DNA of 64,000 nt, taken from positions 253,159-317,158 of the forward strand of contig CAVYCL010000014.1 in assembly GCA_963766915.1 (NCBI GenBank). The letters are read 5' to 3'. This DNA is from an uncultured Gammaproteobacteria bacterium (GTDB lineage Bacteria; Pseudomonadota; Gammaproteobacteria; Steroidobacterales; Steroidobacteraceae). The notes under the pieces were generated by a model, which worked only from the letters and a program-made list of their open reading frames with translations, had not been told where the DNA came from and did not search any database. Below are positions 19,386 through 31,010 of the stretch, piece by piece (position 1 is the first letter of the stretch; each line of letters opens with the position of its first letter). A program made the translations under genes and the position numbers.

Positions 19386-21943
19386 CTAAAAGAGCGGTTT
19401 GTCGCCATCGTTCGGGTTTTGATTGTTCTGCCCTTCCGGGCTTCCCGGCTTGGGCAACGTACCATCGATGAATTTCTCCATGATGCCGTTCGGATCGTCC
19501 GCACTCGCGAGCAATCCGGTGTCGGGCGAAATGCGCACGGTCACGATGCCGTCGGGCACCGGCACCTTGTGACGCGGCACGCCGCTGAGCGCCTCGTGCA
19601 TGAAGAATATCCAGCTCGGCAGCGCGGCGCGCGAGCCCTGCTCGAGTTCGCCGAGCGAGCGATCCTGATCGAAGCCGGTCCAGACGGTGGCCACGATGTC
19701 GGCATTGAAGCCGGAAAACCAGGCATCGTGAGCGTCGTTGGTGGTGCCCGTCTTGCCGGCGATGTCGTCGCGGCCGAGCACCAGGGCCTTCATGCCGGTG
19801 CCATGCCGGATGACGTCCGCCATCATGTCCGAGAGCAGATACGCCACTTGCGGGCGGATGATCTGCGGCGCGAGATCCTTGGCCGGGATCAGCGATTTGC
19901 CGTCATGCACCCCCACATCGAGGAGGCTCTCGCGCGCGCCGGCGCCGCGCTGCGGCAGGTGCGCACCGCCGGCGTTGTGATCGGCGCCGGTCGCGGCGGC
20001 GGCCGCGATGAGCCCTGCGCCCGCAGGCGGTCGGCCCGTCGCCAGCGCCGCGTTCGCCCCGCTCGTCGGGTCGGCGGCCGCGGCGCACTGCGCGCAGGCG
20101 ATCAGCGGCTCCGCCTGATAGATCGTCTTGCCGTTCGCATCGAGGATGCGGTCAATGAAATAGGGGTTCACGCGAAAGCCGCCGTTCGCGAACGCCGAAT
20201 AGCCGGTGACGACCTGCAGCGGGCTGAGCTCGGCCGTGCCGAGCGCCATGGTCAGATCGTCGGGCACGTGGGCCTTGTCGAAGCCGAATCGGGTCACGTA
20301 GTCGCGGGTGTATTCGACGCCGATGTCGCGCACCAGGCGCACGGAGACGAGATTGCGCGAATGGGCGAGCGCCTCGCGCAGCCGCACCGGACCGAAGAAT
20401 TCGCCCTCCATCTCTTTCGGCCGCCAGCCGACATCGTTCCCCGCCGTATCGATCACGATCGGCGCATCGACCACCACGCTCGCCGGCGTGTAGCCCTTGT
20501 CGAAGGCCGCCGCATAGACGAAGGGCTTGAATCCCGAGCCGGGCTGGCGCCGCGCCTGCGTCACCCGATTGAACTTGCTCTGGAAGAAGTCGAAGCCGCC
20601 GACCAGCGCGACCATCGCGCCGTCCTTCGGGTCCATCGCGATCAGGCGCGCTCTGCGCCTCCGGCACTTGCACGAACTGCAGCGTCTGCGGACTGTTGCC
20701 GACCGTGTAGATCACATCGCCGCGGCTCAGGATCTCCGAGGCTTGAGTCGGCGACCGATCGGTCTTCTCTTCCGGCAGCTCGCGCCGCGCCCAGGACAAT
20801 TTCGTCCAGGGCAGCGTCACGGATCCCATGTCCTTCACGTATATCTTGGCGCTCTTGTCTTCCACCGACTCGACGATCGCGGGCCGCAGGCCGCCGATCG
20901 CGGGCCGCTGATCGAGCTCGGCTTCGAGGTCGGCATCGCTCGCGCCCTTCGACAAATCGACTTCGTCGGTCGCGCCACGCCAGCCGTGGCGCCGATCGTA
21001 TTCGAGCAGGCCCGTGCGCAGCGCCACGGTGCCGGCCGCCTCGCAGCCGCGAGTCGATGGTGGTGAAGACCTGATAGCCGGCGGTATAGACACCGTCGCC
21101 GAATTTCGCCTGCAGATCGTTGCGCACCATCTCGGCGACGTACGGCGCATCCACTTCGATGGAGGCGCCGTGCATGCGGCTTTCCATGGGGCTCGCCTTC
21201 GCGGCATCGTATTCGGGCTGGGTGATGTAGCCCAAGTCGCGCATGCGTCCGAGCACGTGACCGCGCCGCACCGTCGCCGCGTCGGGATTCGCGACCGGGT
21301 TGAGCGCCGAAGGCGCTGCGGGAATACCTGCAAGCGTCGCCATCTCCGCGATGTTCAGCTGATCCAGGGTCTTGCCGAAGTACACCTCGGCGGCCGCGGC
21401 GACTCCATAGGCGCGCTGACCGAGGAAGATCTTGTTCACGTAGAGCGAGAAGATCTCCTCCTTCGTGAACTCGGTTTCCATGAGGAGCGAGATGTAGACC
21501 TCGCTCATCTTGCGCTTCATGTCGCGCCGCGGGGTGAGGAACATGTCGCGCGCCACCTGCATGGTGATGGTGCTCGCGCCCTGGCTGATGCGGCCCGCGC
21601 GGGCATTCGCGAGCGCGGCGCGCAAGATCCCTTCCCAGTCGACGCCGTGATGGCGGAAGAAGCGGTCGTCCTCGGTGGCGAGAAACGCCTCGATCAACTT
21701 CGGCGGCAGATCCGTATAGCGCACGGGAATGCGGCGCTGCTCGCCGATCGAGGCCATGAGGCGCCCGTCGCGCGTGTAGACCCGCAGCGGAACCTGCAGC
21801 TGCACGTCGCGCAGGGTGTCCACCTGCGGCAGCGCAGGACGCAAATAGACATAAGCGCACACATTTGCGAACGCGATTAGCAAGATCGCTGCAATCAGGC
21901 ACACGCAAATTCGGGATATGAGAACCAGGTAACGTTTGGCCAC
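19386..21943 (-). CDS. mrcA: penicillin-binding protein 1A (transglycosylase/transpeptidase), with apparent frameshifts near 21045 and 20650
   Basis: N-terminal glycosyltransferase motifs ([30 protein letters not shown]), a middle frame ..[12 protein letters not shown].., and C-terminal transpeptidase motifs ([24 protein letters not shown]). It is divergent from pilM, as in many proteobacteria. Confidence 0.9.
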
Positions 21944-22320
21944 AGCAAACCGCTCTAACTTATTGCGCCAGCATAGACAAGGCTGGCATATTACCGCGGC
22001 TTACAAAGGCATACTCATCGAAAGATGAGGACGCAAAGCCACCGGTCTAACGGTTAGAAGCCTAAGACAGCGGGGTTGCCAGACCAAGCTTTCCACTCGC
22101 CTAGGATGATAGGCGACCAGAGGTCTGAATGAACGGTTTGAAGAATTTCTCGCGCGCGCTACGAAATCCTCGTAGTTCTCAATTTTGCGACATTCCCTCC
22201 TCTCGCGGTCATTACCGTGAGTAGCTTCACGTTCTCATTTAACAGTTTCCTGCTAACTTTGCCGAGCATGGTAAGCACCCTGCATCGCCCTCCAACGTAC
22301 TGAGCGAAAAGGAAATTCTA

Positions 22321-23385
22321 GTGTTCGCGCTTGGCAAAAGATACCGTCCGCTGTTGGGCTTGGACATCACGACCTCGTCGGTGAAGCTGATCGAGCTCAC
22401 GATGTCGGGTGGACAATACCGTGTTGAGTCTTACGCGGCGGAGCCCACGCCGCACAACGCCATCAACGAGAAGGCCATCGTCGACGCAGAAGCGGTCGGC
22501 GAGGCAATCCGACGAGCCGTGAAACGCTCCGGTGCGAAGAGCCGCTTGGCGGCGATCGCGATCTCCGGCGATGCCGCCATCACCAAAGTGATCCAGATGC
22601 CGAAGAGCCTCGGCGAGCACGAGCTCGAGGGTCAGGTGGAAATGCAGGCAGACCAGTACATCCCCTTCCCGATGGAGGAAGTGAGCTACGACTTCCAGGT
22701 CGTGGGTCCGTCGGACAAGGATCCCGACATGCTCGACGTGCTGCTCGTCGCGACGCGCACCGAGAACGTGGAGCAGCGCCAGGCGGCCGTGCAGGCCTCG
22801 GGCCTGACCGCGCAGATCGTCGATGTCGAGGCGTTCGCCCTCGAGAACGCCTGCGCGCTGATGCGCCACCAGATGCCCGACGGCGGCATGGACCGCACCA
22901 TCGCGGTGGTCGATTTCGGCGCGAGCTCGACGACGTTCAGCGTGCTGCGCGACCTGAAGGTCATCTATACCCGCGACTTCGCCTTCGGCGGACAGCAGCT
23001 CACCGAAGAGATCATGCGCACCTACGGGCTGTCCATGGAGGAAGCCGGCCGCGCCAAGAAGGAAGGCGGCCTGCCCAGCAATTACCAGCCCGAAGTGCTC
23101 GATCCGTTCATCGACGACATGACTCAGCAAGTGAGCCGATCGCTGCAGTTCTACCTGGCTTCGGGCAGCGGCCGCTCGCAGCCCGACCAGATCCTGATCT
23201 GCGGCGGCTGCGCCAACATCCCCGGCGTCGCCGAGGTCATCTCGAGCCGCGTGGGCGTGGCTGCCGACAAAGGCGACCCGCTCGGCAATATGAAAGTGTC
23301 GTCGAAAGCCAAAGCGCAGGCCGTCGGCCGCGACGCGACGGCGTTGTTAACCGCCTGCGGCCTCGCGCTGCGAAGCTTCGACTGA
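22321..23385 (+). CDS. pilM: type IV pilus assembly protein PilM
   Basis: 354-aa actin-like ATPase-fold ORF (..LGLDITTSSVKLIEL..) and first gene of pilMNOPQ. GTG start. Confidence 0.9.
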   Translation: MFALGKRYRPLLGLDITTSSVKLIELTMSGGQYRVESYAAEPTPHNAINEKAIVDAEAVGEAIRRAVKRSGAKSRLAAIAISGDAAITKVIQMPKSLGEHELEGQVEMQADQYIPFPMEEVSYDFQVVGPSDKDPDMLDVLLVATRTENVEQRQAAVQASGLTAQIVDVEAFALENACALMRHQMPDGGMDRTIAVVDFGASSTTFSVLRDLKVIYTRDFAFGGQQLTEEIMRTYGLSMEEAGRAKKEGGLPSNYQPEVLDPFIDDMTQQVSRSLQFYLASGSGRSQPDQILICGGCANIPGVAEVISSRVGVAADKGDPLGNMKVSSKAKAQAVGRDATALLTACGLALRSFD

Positions 23386-23393
23386 GGGCCGCC

Positions 23394-23981
23394 ATGCCAC
23401 GCATAAACCTACTTCCTCACCGCGAACAAGAACGCAAGCGACGCCGCCGCGAGTTCGGCGCGTTTACGATCGCGGCGCTCCTGGCAGGCGCGGTCGTCGC
23501 CGGCGGTGCGAAGGTCGTCTATTCCGGATGGATCGACGCGCAGAACGAGACGAACAATCTCCTGAAGAAGGAGATCGTCAAGCTCGACGCCGAGATCGCG
23601 GACATCCAGGATCTCGAGAACCGCAAGCAGCGTCTGGTCGCCCGCATGGAGATCATCGAGAAGCTGCAGCGCAAGCGTCCCGAGATCGTGCACCAGTTCG
23701 ACGAGCTGGTGCATACCATCCCCGACGGCGTGTACCTGACCTCGATCAAGCAGACCGGCAACAAGCTCGAGCTCAAGGGCGTCGCTCAGTCGAGCACGCG
23801 CGTGTCGACCTTCATGCGCAACATCGACACCTCGACCTGGATGGACAATCCCGAGCTGAGCGTGGTCGAGACGGCCAAGGACTCGCCTACCGGCGGATCG
23901 AACTTCACGGTGTTTGCGAGCACGGTGGGCGTCAATCTTGAAGGGGGCGGCGAAACCACGGTGAAGAAGGCTGCCAAATGA
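23394..23981 (+). CDS. pilN: type IV pilus assembly protein PilN
   Basis: MPRINLLPHREQERKRRRREF followed by a TM segment, which is a typical PilN N-terminus. Confidence 0.85.
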   Translation: MPRINLLPHREQERKRRRREFGAFTIAALLAGAVVAGGAKVVYSGWIDAQNETNNLLKKEIVKLDAEIADIQDLENRKQRLVARMEIIEKLQRKRPEIVHQFDELVHTIPDGVYLTSIKQTGNKLELKGVAQSSTRVSTFMRNIDTSTWMDNPELSVVETAKDSPTGGSNFTVFASTVGVNLEGGGETTVKKAAK

Positions 23982-24620
23982 ACTTCCTCGACGAACTTAA
24001 ATCGCTCGATCACAAAGATCCCGGCCGCTGGCCCCTGGCGGTTCGCGGTTTCTTCGTGCTGTTGGTTTTCGCGCTCTGCACGGCGATGTTCTCCTACCTG
24101 TTCGTATGGACGGTGGACCGGCCGGTTCTGCAGAAAGCCGAGGCCGACGAGCTCGATCTACGCACGCAGTTCGAGAACAAGCAGCAGCGCGCGGCGAATC
24201 TCGATGCCTACAAGCAGCAGCTCGGCGAAATGGAGCGCGGTTTCGGCGCCATGCTGCGGCAGTTGCCCGGCAAGACCGAAGTGCCGAACCTGTTGGTGGA
24301 TATCTCCCAGACCGGCCTCGCGGCGGGCTTGAGCGAGAAGCTCTTCCAGCCGGGACCTGAGAAAAGCAACGGCTTCTATGCGGAGCTGCCGATCAAGATC
24401 CGGCTGGTGGGCTCCTATCATCAGTTCGGCGCTTTCGTGAGCGGGATCGCGGCGTTGCCGCGCATCGTCACCCTGCACGACATCGAAATCACGCCGGTTT
24501 GCGAACGGCGCCGGCGGTTACGACAATCTGACCATGGATGTCACCGCGAAGACGTATCGCTACATCGAAGACGAGGGCCCCAAGCCCGCCGCTAAGAAAA
24601 AGACAGGAGGCGAGACGTGA
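23978..24620 (+). CDS. pilO: type IV pilus assembly protein PilO, with an apparent +1 frameshift near 24499 (TTT run)
   Basis: Position and features (..LRQLPGKTEVPNLLVDISQ..YHQFGAFVSGIAALPRIVTLHDIEI..); the C-terminus continues in the next frame as ..LTMDVTAKTYRYIEDE. Confidence 0.8.
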
Positions 24621-25163
24621 CAATCAGGATCGGGGATCCCAGCCGTGCTCGGCTGATTTCCGGCGCGCGCGTCGTGTGTGCGCTCGCGCTCGTCGGATTC
24701 GTGACCTCCGCCTGCTCGGGCGGCCAGTCCGATCTGCAGCGCTGGATCGCGGAGACCAAGAAAAAGCCGGGCGGGCGCATCCAGCCGCTGCCCGAGGTCA
24801 AGCCTTACGAGAGCTTCGTGTACAGCGCGAGCAACATGCGCTCGCCGTTCCAGCCCGCGAGCCCGAATCTCGCCAACGGCGCGGGCGTGCGTCCGACCGT
24901 GCGCCGCAATCGCGAGTTCCTCGAGGGCGTTCTCCCTCGACACCCTCAAGATGGTGGGCACGTTCAAGGTCGGCAACAATTTTTACGGTCTCGTTCAATC
25001 CAAGGACGGCCTGGTGCACAAGGTGCAGCCCGGCAATTACTTGGGTCAGAACGACGGAAAGGTTACTGAGATTACGGGCAGCAAAATAAGCCTGGTCGAG
25101 ATCATCCCGGATGGTCTCGGCGGCTATATCGAGCGACCGGCCTCATTGGCATTGCAAGATTGA
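24617..25163 (+). CDS. pilP: type IV pilus assembly lipoprotein PilP, with an apparent +1 frameshift near 24926 (GGG run)
   Basis: Lipobox ..VTSAC; ..REFLEG then FSLDTLKMVGTFKVGNNFYGLVQSKDGLVHKV in the +1 frame. Confidence 0.8.
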
Positions 25164-25186
25164 TGGGGCCACAGGGAGAGCAAAGC

Positions 25187-27338
25187 ATGACCAGATTTAA
25201 GATACGAATGGCGATGATCGGAGCGATGGCGCTCGCATTGTCGGCATTCACTTTCAAGACCCAGGCCCAAGGCGCCGATGCGCTCAAGCTCGAGTCCGTC
25301 GACGTGCAGACGCTGTCCAGCAATCAGGTACAGCTCAAGCTGCACCTGAGCGGACCGGCTCCCGAGCCGCTGCCCTTCACCATCGACAAGCCGGCGCGCA
25401 TCGCGTTCGACCTGCCGAACACCTCGCTCGCGCTCCCCTCGCGCCGCATCGACGTGCGCTCGGGCGGTGTCGACTCCGTGCTCGCCGCCGAGGCGAACGG
25501 CCGCTCGCGCCTGGTGATCAACGTCGATCAGCTGCTGCCCTATACGACCAAGGTCGACGGCAACACCATCGTCGTCACCTTGGGCCGCCAGCCGGGCGAT
25601 GCCCTGGCGAACGCGGTGACCCGCGGCGGCGGCAGCGCGTCCACGGCGCCGGTCGAGCGCTCGATCAAGACCATCGACTTCCGCCGCGGCTCCGACGGCA
25701 CCGGCCGCGTCATCGTGCAGCTCTCCGATCCGCGCACGCCGGTCAACGTGCGCCAGGAAGGCAATCAGGTCGTCGTCGATTTCGCGGGCACTTTGATGCC
25801 CAAGAACCTCATGCGCCGCTACGACGTCATGGATTTCGCGACGCCGGTGCAGACCGTCGACGCGATCCGCGTCGAGGGCAGCTCGCGCCTCGTGATCAGC
25901 GCGCAAGGCGACTTCGAGCAGCTCGCCTACCAGTCGGACAATCAGTACACGGTCGAGATCAAGCCCTCCTTGAAGCACAACGCCGCCGAGGAGAAGAAGG
26001 AATACACCGGCGAGCGCCTGACCCTCAACTTCCAGGACATCGACGTGCGCTCGGTGCTGCAGCTGCTTGCGGACACCAGCGGCCAGAACATCGTGGTGAG
26101 CGACTCGGTGACCGGCAACCTGACGCTGCGTCTGCAGAACGTTCCTTGGGACCAGGCCCTCGACATCGTGCTGCGCACCAAGGGACTCGACAAGCGCCGT
26201 CAGGACAACGTCATCATCATCGGACCGACCGAGGAGCTCGCGACGCGCGAAAAGGCGGAGCTCGAGGCGCACAAGGAAGTCCAGGAGCTCTCGCCGATCC
26301 GCTCCGAGTTCATGCAGGCCAACTACGCCAAGGTGGCAGATCTTGCGAAAATGATCCGCCCCACGGCCGGTGGTGCGGCGGGCGGCGGCCGCAACTCCAT
26401 GCTGTCCAACCGCGGCAGCATCTCGATCGACGAGCGCACCAACACCTTGATGGTGCAGGACACGGCCGAGAACCTCGCGGAGATCCGCCGGCTGGTGCAG
26501 GCGCTCGACGTGCCGGTGCGGCAGGTGCTCATCGAGGCGCGCATCGTCGTGGTCAGCGACACCTTCGAGCGCGACTTGGGCGCCCAGTTCGGCGTGACCT
26601 CCGCGCAGCAGAACGGCAACAACGGCTTGCTGGCGGTCACGGGCACCGGCACCGGTGCGGACACCATGATCCAGTCGGCCTTGACCAACTTGAGCTCCGG
26701 CTTGCCGGTGGCGCCGGTGGCGACGCCCGCGCTCGCCAATCGCTACATGGTGAATACGCCCGCGGCGAACACCAACGGCAGCATCGGCATCTCGCTTGCT
26801 CGGCGGCAGCTACCTGGTCGATCTCGCGCTGTCGGCGGCCGAGAACGAGGGCAAGAGCGAGACCATCTCCTCGCCCCGCGTGATCACCGCGAACCAGAAA
26901 CAAGCGACCATCATGCAAGGTGTCGAGATTCCGTATCAGGAATCGGCCTCGAGCGGCGCGACCACGACGCAGTTCAAGAACGCCGTGCTGTCGCTCAAGG
27001 TGACGCCGCTGATCACGCCGGACAACCGCGTCATCCTGGATCTCGACGTGAGCGACGACACGGTCGGCCAGCAGGTCACCAGCGCCACCGGCGGCAGCGT
27101 GCCCTCGATCGACACGCGCCAGATTCAAACCCAGGTTCTGGTCGGCGACGGCCAGACCGTGGTGCTCGGCGGCATCCTCGAGACCACCAAGTCCTATGCC
27201 GCGAACAAGGTGCCCTGGCTCGGCGACATCCCGATCCTCGGGAACCTCTTCAAGAGCACCACCAACATCAACAACAAGACCGAACTCTTGATCTTCATCA
27301 CGCCGAAGATCTTGCGCGAAGGGTCAAATCTCTACTGA
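25187..27338 (+). CDS. pilQ: type IV pilus secretin PilQ, with an apparent +1 frameshift near 26795
   Basis: AMIN-like N-terminus, ..LNFQDIDVRSVLQLLAD.., and a secretin C-domain in the +1 frame (..ISSPRVITANQKQATI..VLGGI..VPWLGDIPILGNLFK..ELLIFITPKIL). Confidence 0.9.
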
Positions 27339-27369
27339 CGCCGACATGGATCGAGCGAGGAACAGAGAC

Positions 27370-29280
27370 ATGCGTAGTTTAATTATCACGGCAGTCGCGG
27401 CGCTGGCGCTGCTGGCCGGCTGCGGCGGCGATCAGCTCGGCGCGGAGGCGGCGGCAGCAGCACGGGCGGCACCGGACAGGCACGGGTGGCACGGTGGCAC
27501 GGGACCGGCACGGGCGGCACCACAGACCTATTCGATGGGCAACGGCAGCGGCTCGAGCTTCCAGTCGGGCATGATCGGACTGTCGAGCGCCAACGTCTCC
27601 GCCGGCGGCACGACGAGCCTCACGCTCACCGTCGTCGACCAGAACGGCGTCCTCTACACGGCGGCCCCGGTCGTCGTCTCCTACAGCTCCACGTGCATCA
27701 GCAGCGGCCTTGCCATCGATCGCGCCCTCGGGTACCAGCACGGCCGGCACCACCGCGGATACGATCACGAGCACGACCGGCACCATCGATGCCACCTACA
27801 CGGCGAAGGGTTGCAGCGGCCAGGACGTCATCACCGCGACCGCGGCGGTCGGCAGCACGAACCTGACGGCGATCGGGCACGGTCACCGTGGCGGCGGCGG
27901 CCATCGGCTCGATCCAGTTCGTATCGGCCACACCCGGCCTCGATCGGCCTCAAGGGCACCGGGCTTGAACGAGACCTCCACGGTGATCTTCAAGGTCGTC
28001 GACTCGACCGGCGGACCGCGGCCCGGCGTCACCGTCAATTTCACCCTGAACACGAACGCGGCGGAATCAGTCTCTCGCCCTCGACGGCGGTCTCGGCCGC
28101 CGACGGCACGGTGCAGACCGTCGTGAGCTCGGGTACCGAGCATACCGTCGGTTCGCGTGACCGCCGCGATCACCTCACCCGCGGCCTCAGCACGCAGTCG
28201 AGCGCGCTCACCGTCACCACCGGCCTGCCGACGTCCGGAGCGCTTCTCGATTGCGGTCGGCGCGCCGCAAGCTACGGCTTAACGACACTCGCCTGCCCGA
28301 ACGTGGAGGCTACGGCATCGACTTCGTTACGGTTCCCGTCACCGTGCAGCTTGCCGATCGATACAACAACCCGGCGCCCGACGACACCGCAGTCACATTC
28401 ACGACAAACGGCGGCGGCATCGCCGGCAGCTGCACGACGCCGGGCTCGCGACGCCCGGCAACGGTCAATGCACGGTCAACTGGACCAGCTCCGCGCCAAT
28501 CCCGCGGCCGAGCACGACGAGCAGCACTCCGGCGGTCTACAGAAACGGGCGCGCGCAGATTCTGGCGACGGCCATCGGCGAGGAGTCCTTCGACGACGCG
28601 AACAGCAGCGGGCTTCTACCAAGCCGGCGACCCGTTCTCGGATCTGGGCGAGCCGTATCTCGACGCCAACGAGAGCGGCGCCTACATGCAAGGGCGATCA
28701 CTTCGACAATTACTACAACACGGGCTCTTATGTGGGTCCGAGCGGAAGTTTCATCGGCATCACCTGCACATCCACGTCATGCACCGAGGCCACGCTCGGC
28801 ATCGGGGTCGAGCATTTGATGGTCATGTCGACTTCCGGCGCCGTAGCGCTCATGACTGTCTCGCCGCCATTCTCGACCGCCATATAGCCCATTCTCGGCC
28901 CTAACCGGAGTGACTCTCGCTGCGGGCACGACGGGAACGTTTGTTGTTCTCATAGCGGACCAGAACGGCAATGCAATGGCGGCCGGCACGACCATCGCCG
29001 TGGCCTCGACCATTGGCACAGTCAGCTGCCGGCGTGGGAGCGTACTTATACAGTCGGCTGCAACGGCAGCGGCGGTCCGGGGATTCTAAGCCCCTATACC
29101 GTCCCGTCAGGCGTCTTTCCAGCCGTGCTCACGGGAGGAAGCAACACCACCTCAGGAGGTGACCCCGTTCCTATCAGCCTGACCACAACCACGGCCGGTA
29201 CCGGCTCCCTCACCATCACGGTGACATCGCCTGAAACGAAGTCGATCACTCAGTTCTCGATTCCGGTCAAGGTTCAATAG
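27370..29280 (+). pseudogene. Ig-like (Big/invasin-type) repeat lipoprotein, interrupted by about 15 or more frameshifts
   Basis: Lipoprotein signal MRSLIITAVAALALLAGC and a Gly/Thr-rich linker. Protein-like Ig-domain segments then hop between all three frames: ..TSLTLTVVDQNGVLYTAAPVVVSY; TIDATYTAKGCSGQDVITATAAV; TVIFKVVDSTGGPRPGVTVNFTL; VPVTVQLADRYNNPAPDDTAVTFTT; FVVLIADQNGNAMAAGTTIAVAS; ..SLTITVTSPETKSITQFSIPVKVQ*. Confidence 0.6.
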
Positions 29281-29320
29281 TCACGCTGATTTAGAGCCGG
29301 CGTTCGGGCCGGTTTGATTC

Positions 29321-29352
29321 GCACGGCCGCCCTCGGGCGGCCGTGCTCTTTC
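29321..29352 (+). terminator. rho-independent terminator between the lipoprotein locus and aroK
   Basis: GCACGGCCGCCC-TCG-GGGCGGCCGTGC forms a perfect 12-bp stem followed by TCTTTCC. Confidence 0.6.
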
Positions 29353-29383
29353 CGGGCGCTCGGTTTCTGTATCCTTCCCATCC

Positions 29384-29929
29384 ATGCTCTCCCAGCCCAA
29401 CGTCTTCCTCATCGGCCCCATGGGCTCCGGCAAGTCCGCCGTAGGCCGGCATCTCGCCCGGCTGTTGCGATTCTCGTTCTACGACAGCGACGCCGACATC
29501 GAGGCGCGGACCGGGGTCGACATCGCCTTCATATTCGAGAAAGAGGGCGAGGCGGGGTTCCGGCTGCGCGAAAAGGAGTCCATCGAGCGGCTCACGGGCC
29601 TCCAAGGCGTGGTGATCGCCACCGGCGGCGGAGCGATCATCGACGCCGATAATCGGCGCATGCTCGCCGAGCGCGGGGCCGTCGCCTATCTGGAGACCTC
29701 GGTCGGCCAGCAGCTCGAGCGGACCCGTCACGGGCGCCACCGTCCCCTGCTGAATGACACCGACCCGGAGGAGAAGCTCGCCGAGCTGATGCGCCACCGC
29801 GCAGAGCTCTATGCGGAAATCGCCGATATCACGGTGGCAACGGACGGGCGCCGCGTCCAAGCTGTGGCCGAGGAGATCCATCGCCAGCTTCAGCGGGCAC
29901 GAGGAGCGCAAGCTTCGTATAATCCTTGA
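29384..29929 (+). CDS. aroK: shikimate kinase
   Basis: NVFLIGPMGSGKSAVGRHLA..FYDSD..GGGA... Confidence 0.95.
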   Translation: MLSQPNVFLIGPMGSGKSAVGRHLARLLRFSFYDSDADIEARTGVDIAFIFEKEGEAGFRLREKESIERLTGLQGVVIATGGGAIIDADNRRMLAERGAVAYLETSVGQQLERTRHGRHRPLLNDTDPEEKLAELMRHRAELYAEIADITVATDGRRVQAVAEEIHRQLQRARGAQASYNP

Positions 29930-29930
29930 A

Positions 29931-31010
29931 GTGCAAACCCTCAAGGTAGACGTCGGCCACTCCCCCTATCTCATCACGATCGGCGCGGGACTCTTAGGCA
30001 ACCCCGCGCTGGTCGAATCGCAGATCCCGGGCAAGGACCTCATGATCGTGACCGACACCACCGTGGCGCGGCTGTACCTGCCGGTGCTGCGGGCGGCGCT
30101 CGGCGAGCGGCGCAGCATCCAGGAGTGCATCCTCGCGGAGGGCGAGCAGCAAAAGAACCTGCAGACGGTGAGCTGGATTTTCGATGCCCTGGTCGGGCAG
30201 CGGTTCAACCGCGATGCCGTGGTGCTCGCGTTCGGCGGCGGAGTCGTCGGCGATATCGCAGGCTTCGCCGCGGCTTGCTACCAGCGCGGCGTCCGCTACG
30301 TGCAGATCCCGACGACGCTGCTCGCGCAAGTGGACTCCTCGGTCGGCGGCAAGACCGGGGTCAATCACAGCGGCGGCAAGAACCTCATCGGCGCGTTTCA
30401 CCAGCCTATCGCCGTGATCGCCGACACCGGCACCCTCGACAGCCTGCCCGAGCGCGAGGTCTCCGCCGGGATCGCCGAGGTGATCAAGTACGGCTGCATC
30501 TGGGATCTCGAGCTGCTCGGCTGGCTCGACAACAACATGTCGCGGCTCCGCGCGCGCGAGCCCGAGGCCCTCACCCATGCGATCTACCGCTCGTGCTCCA
30601 TCAAAGCGGCGGTGGTCGCCCAGGACGAGCGCGAGGAAGGCATCCGGGCGGTCCTGAATTTCGGCCACACCTTCGGTCACGCCATCGAGGCAGCCACCGG
30701 CTACGAGGTGTATCTGCACGGCGAGGCGGTCGGGCTCGGCATGCTCATGGCGGCGGATCTGTCGCGCCGGTTGGGGCTGATCGACACGCCCGCCCGCAAT
30801 CTGATTCACACGCTGGTGCGCCGCGCGGGGTTGCCCATCGAGGCGCCGCGCATCGGGGTCGCCCGCGCCATCGAGCTCATGAAAATGGACAAGAAGGTGC
30901 TTGCCGGAGCCGTGCGCCTGGTGCTGCTCGAGCGGCTGGGTAACGCCACCGTGCTCTCGAAGTACGACCAGAGCGCGCTCGATGCGACACTACAGGAGCA
31001 TTTTGCATGA
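29931..31010 (+). CDS. aroB: 3-dehydroquinate synthase
   Basis: ..[57 protein letters not shown]... GTG start 1 nt after the aroK stop. Confidence 0.95.
   Translation: MQTLKVDVGHSPYLITIGAGLLGNPALVESQIPGKDLMIVTDTTVARLYLPVLRAALGERRSIQECILAEGEQQKNLQTVSWIFDALVGQRFNRDAVVLAFGGGVVGDIAGFAAACYQRGVRYVQIPTTLLAQVDSSVGGKTGVNHSGGKNLIGAFHQPIAVIADTGTLDSLPEREVSAGIAEVIKYGCIWDLELLGWLDNNMSRLRAREPEALTHAIYRSCSIKAAVVAQDEREEGIRAVLNFGHTFGHAIEAATGYEVYLHGEAVGLGMLMAADLSRRLGLIDTPARNLIHTLVRRAGLPIEAPRIGVARAIELMKMDKKVLAGAVRLVLLERLGNATVLSKYDQSALDATLQEHFA

Noticed and set aside
17756-19504. A 582-aa ORF that looks like a fusion protein ending in biotin synthase.
   Set aside because: The N-terminal part is the frameshifted upstream gene read through in the wrong frame. 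bioB has its own strong AAGGAGG Shine-Dalgarno and a TTG start at 18757. The upstream gene's proper C-terminus, with a TAA at 18772, lies in another frame.
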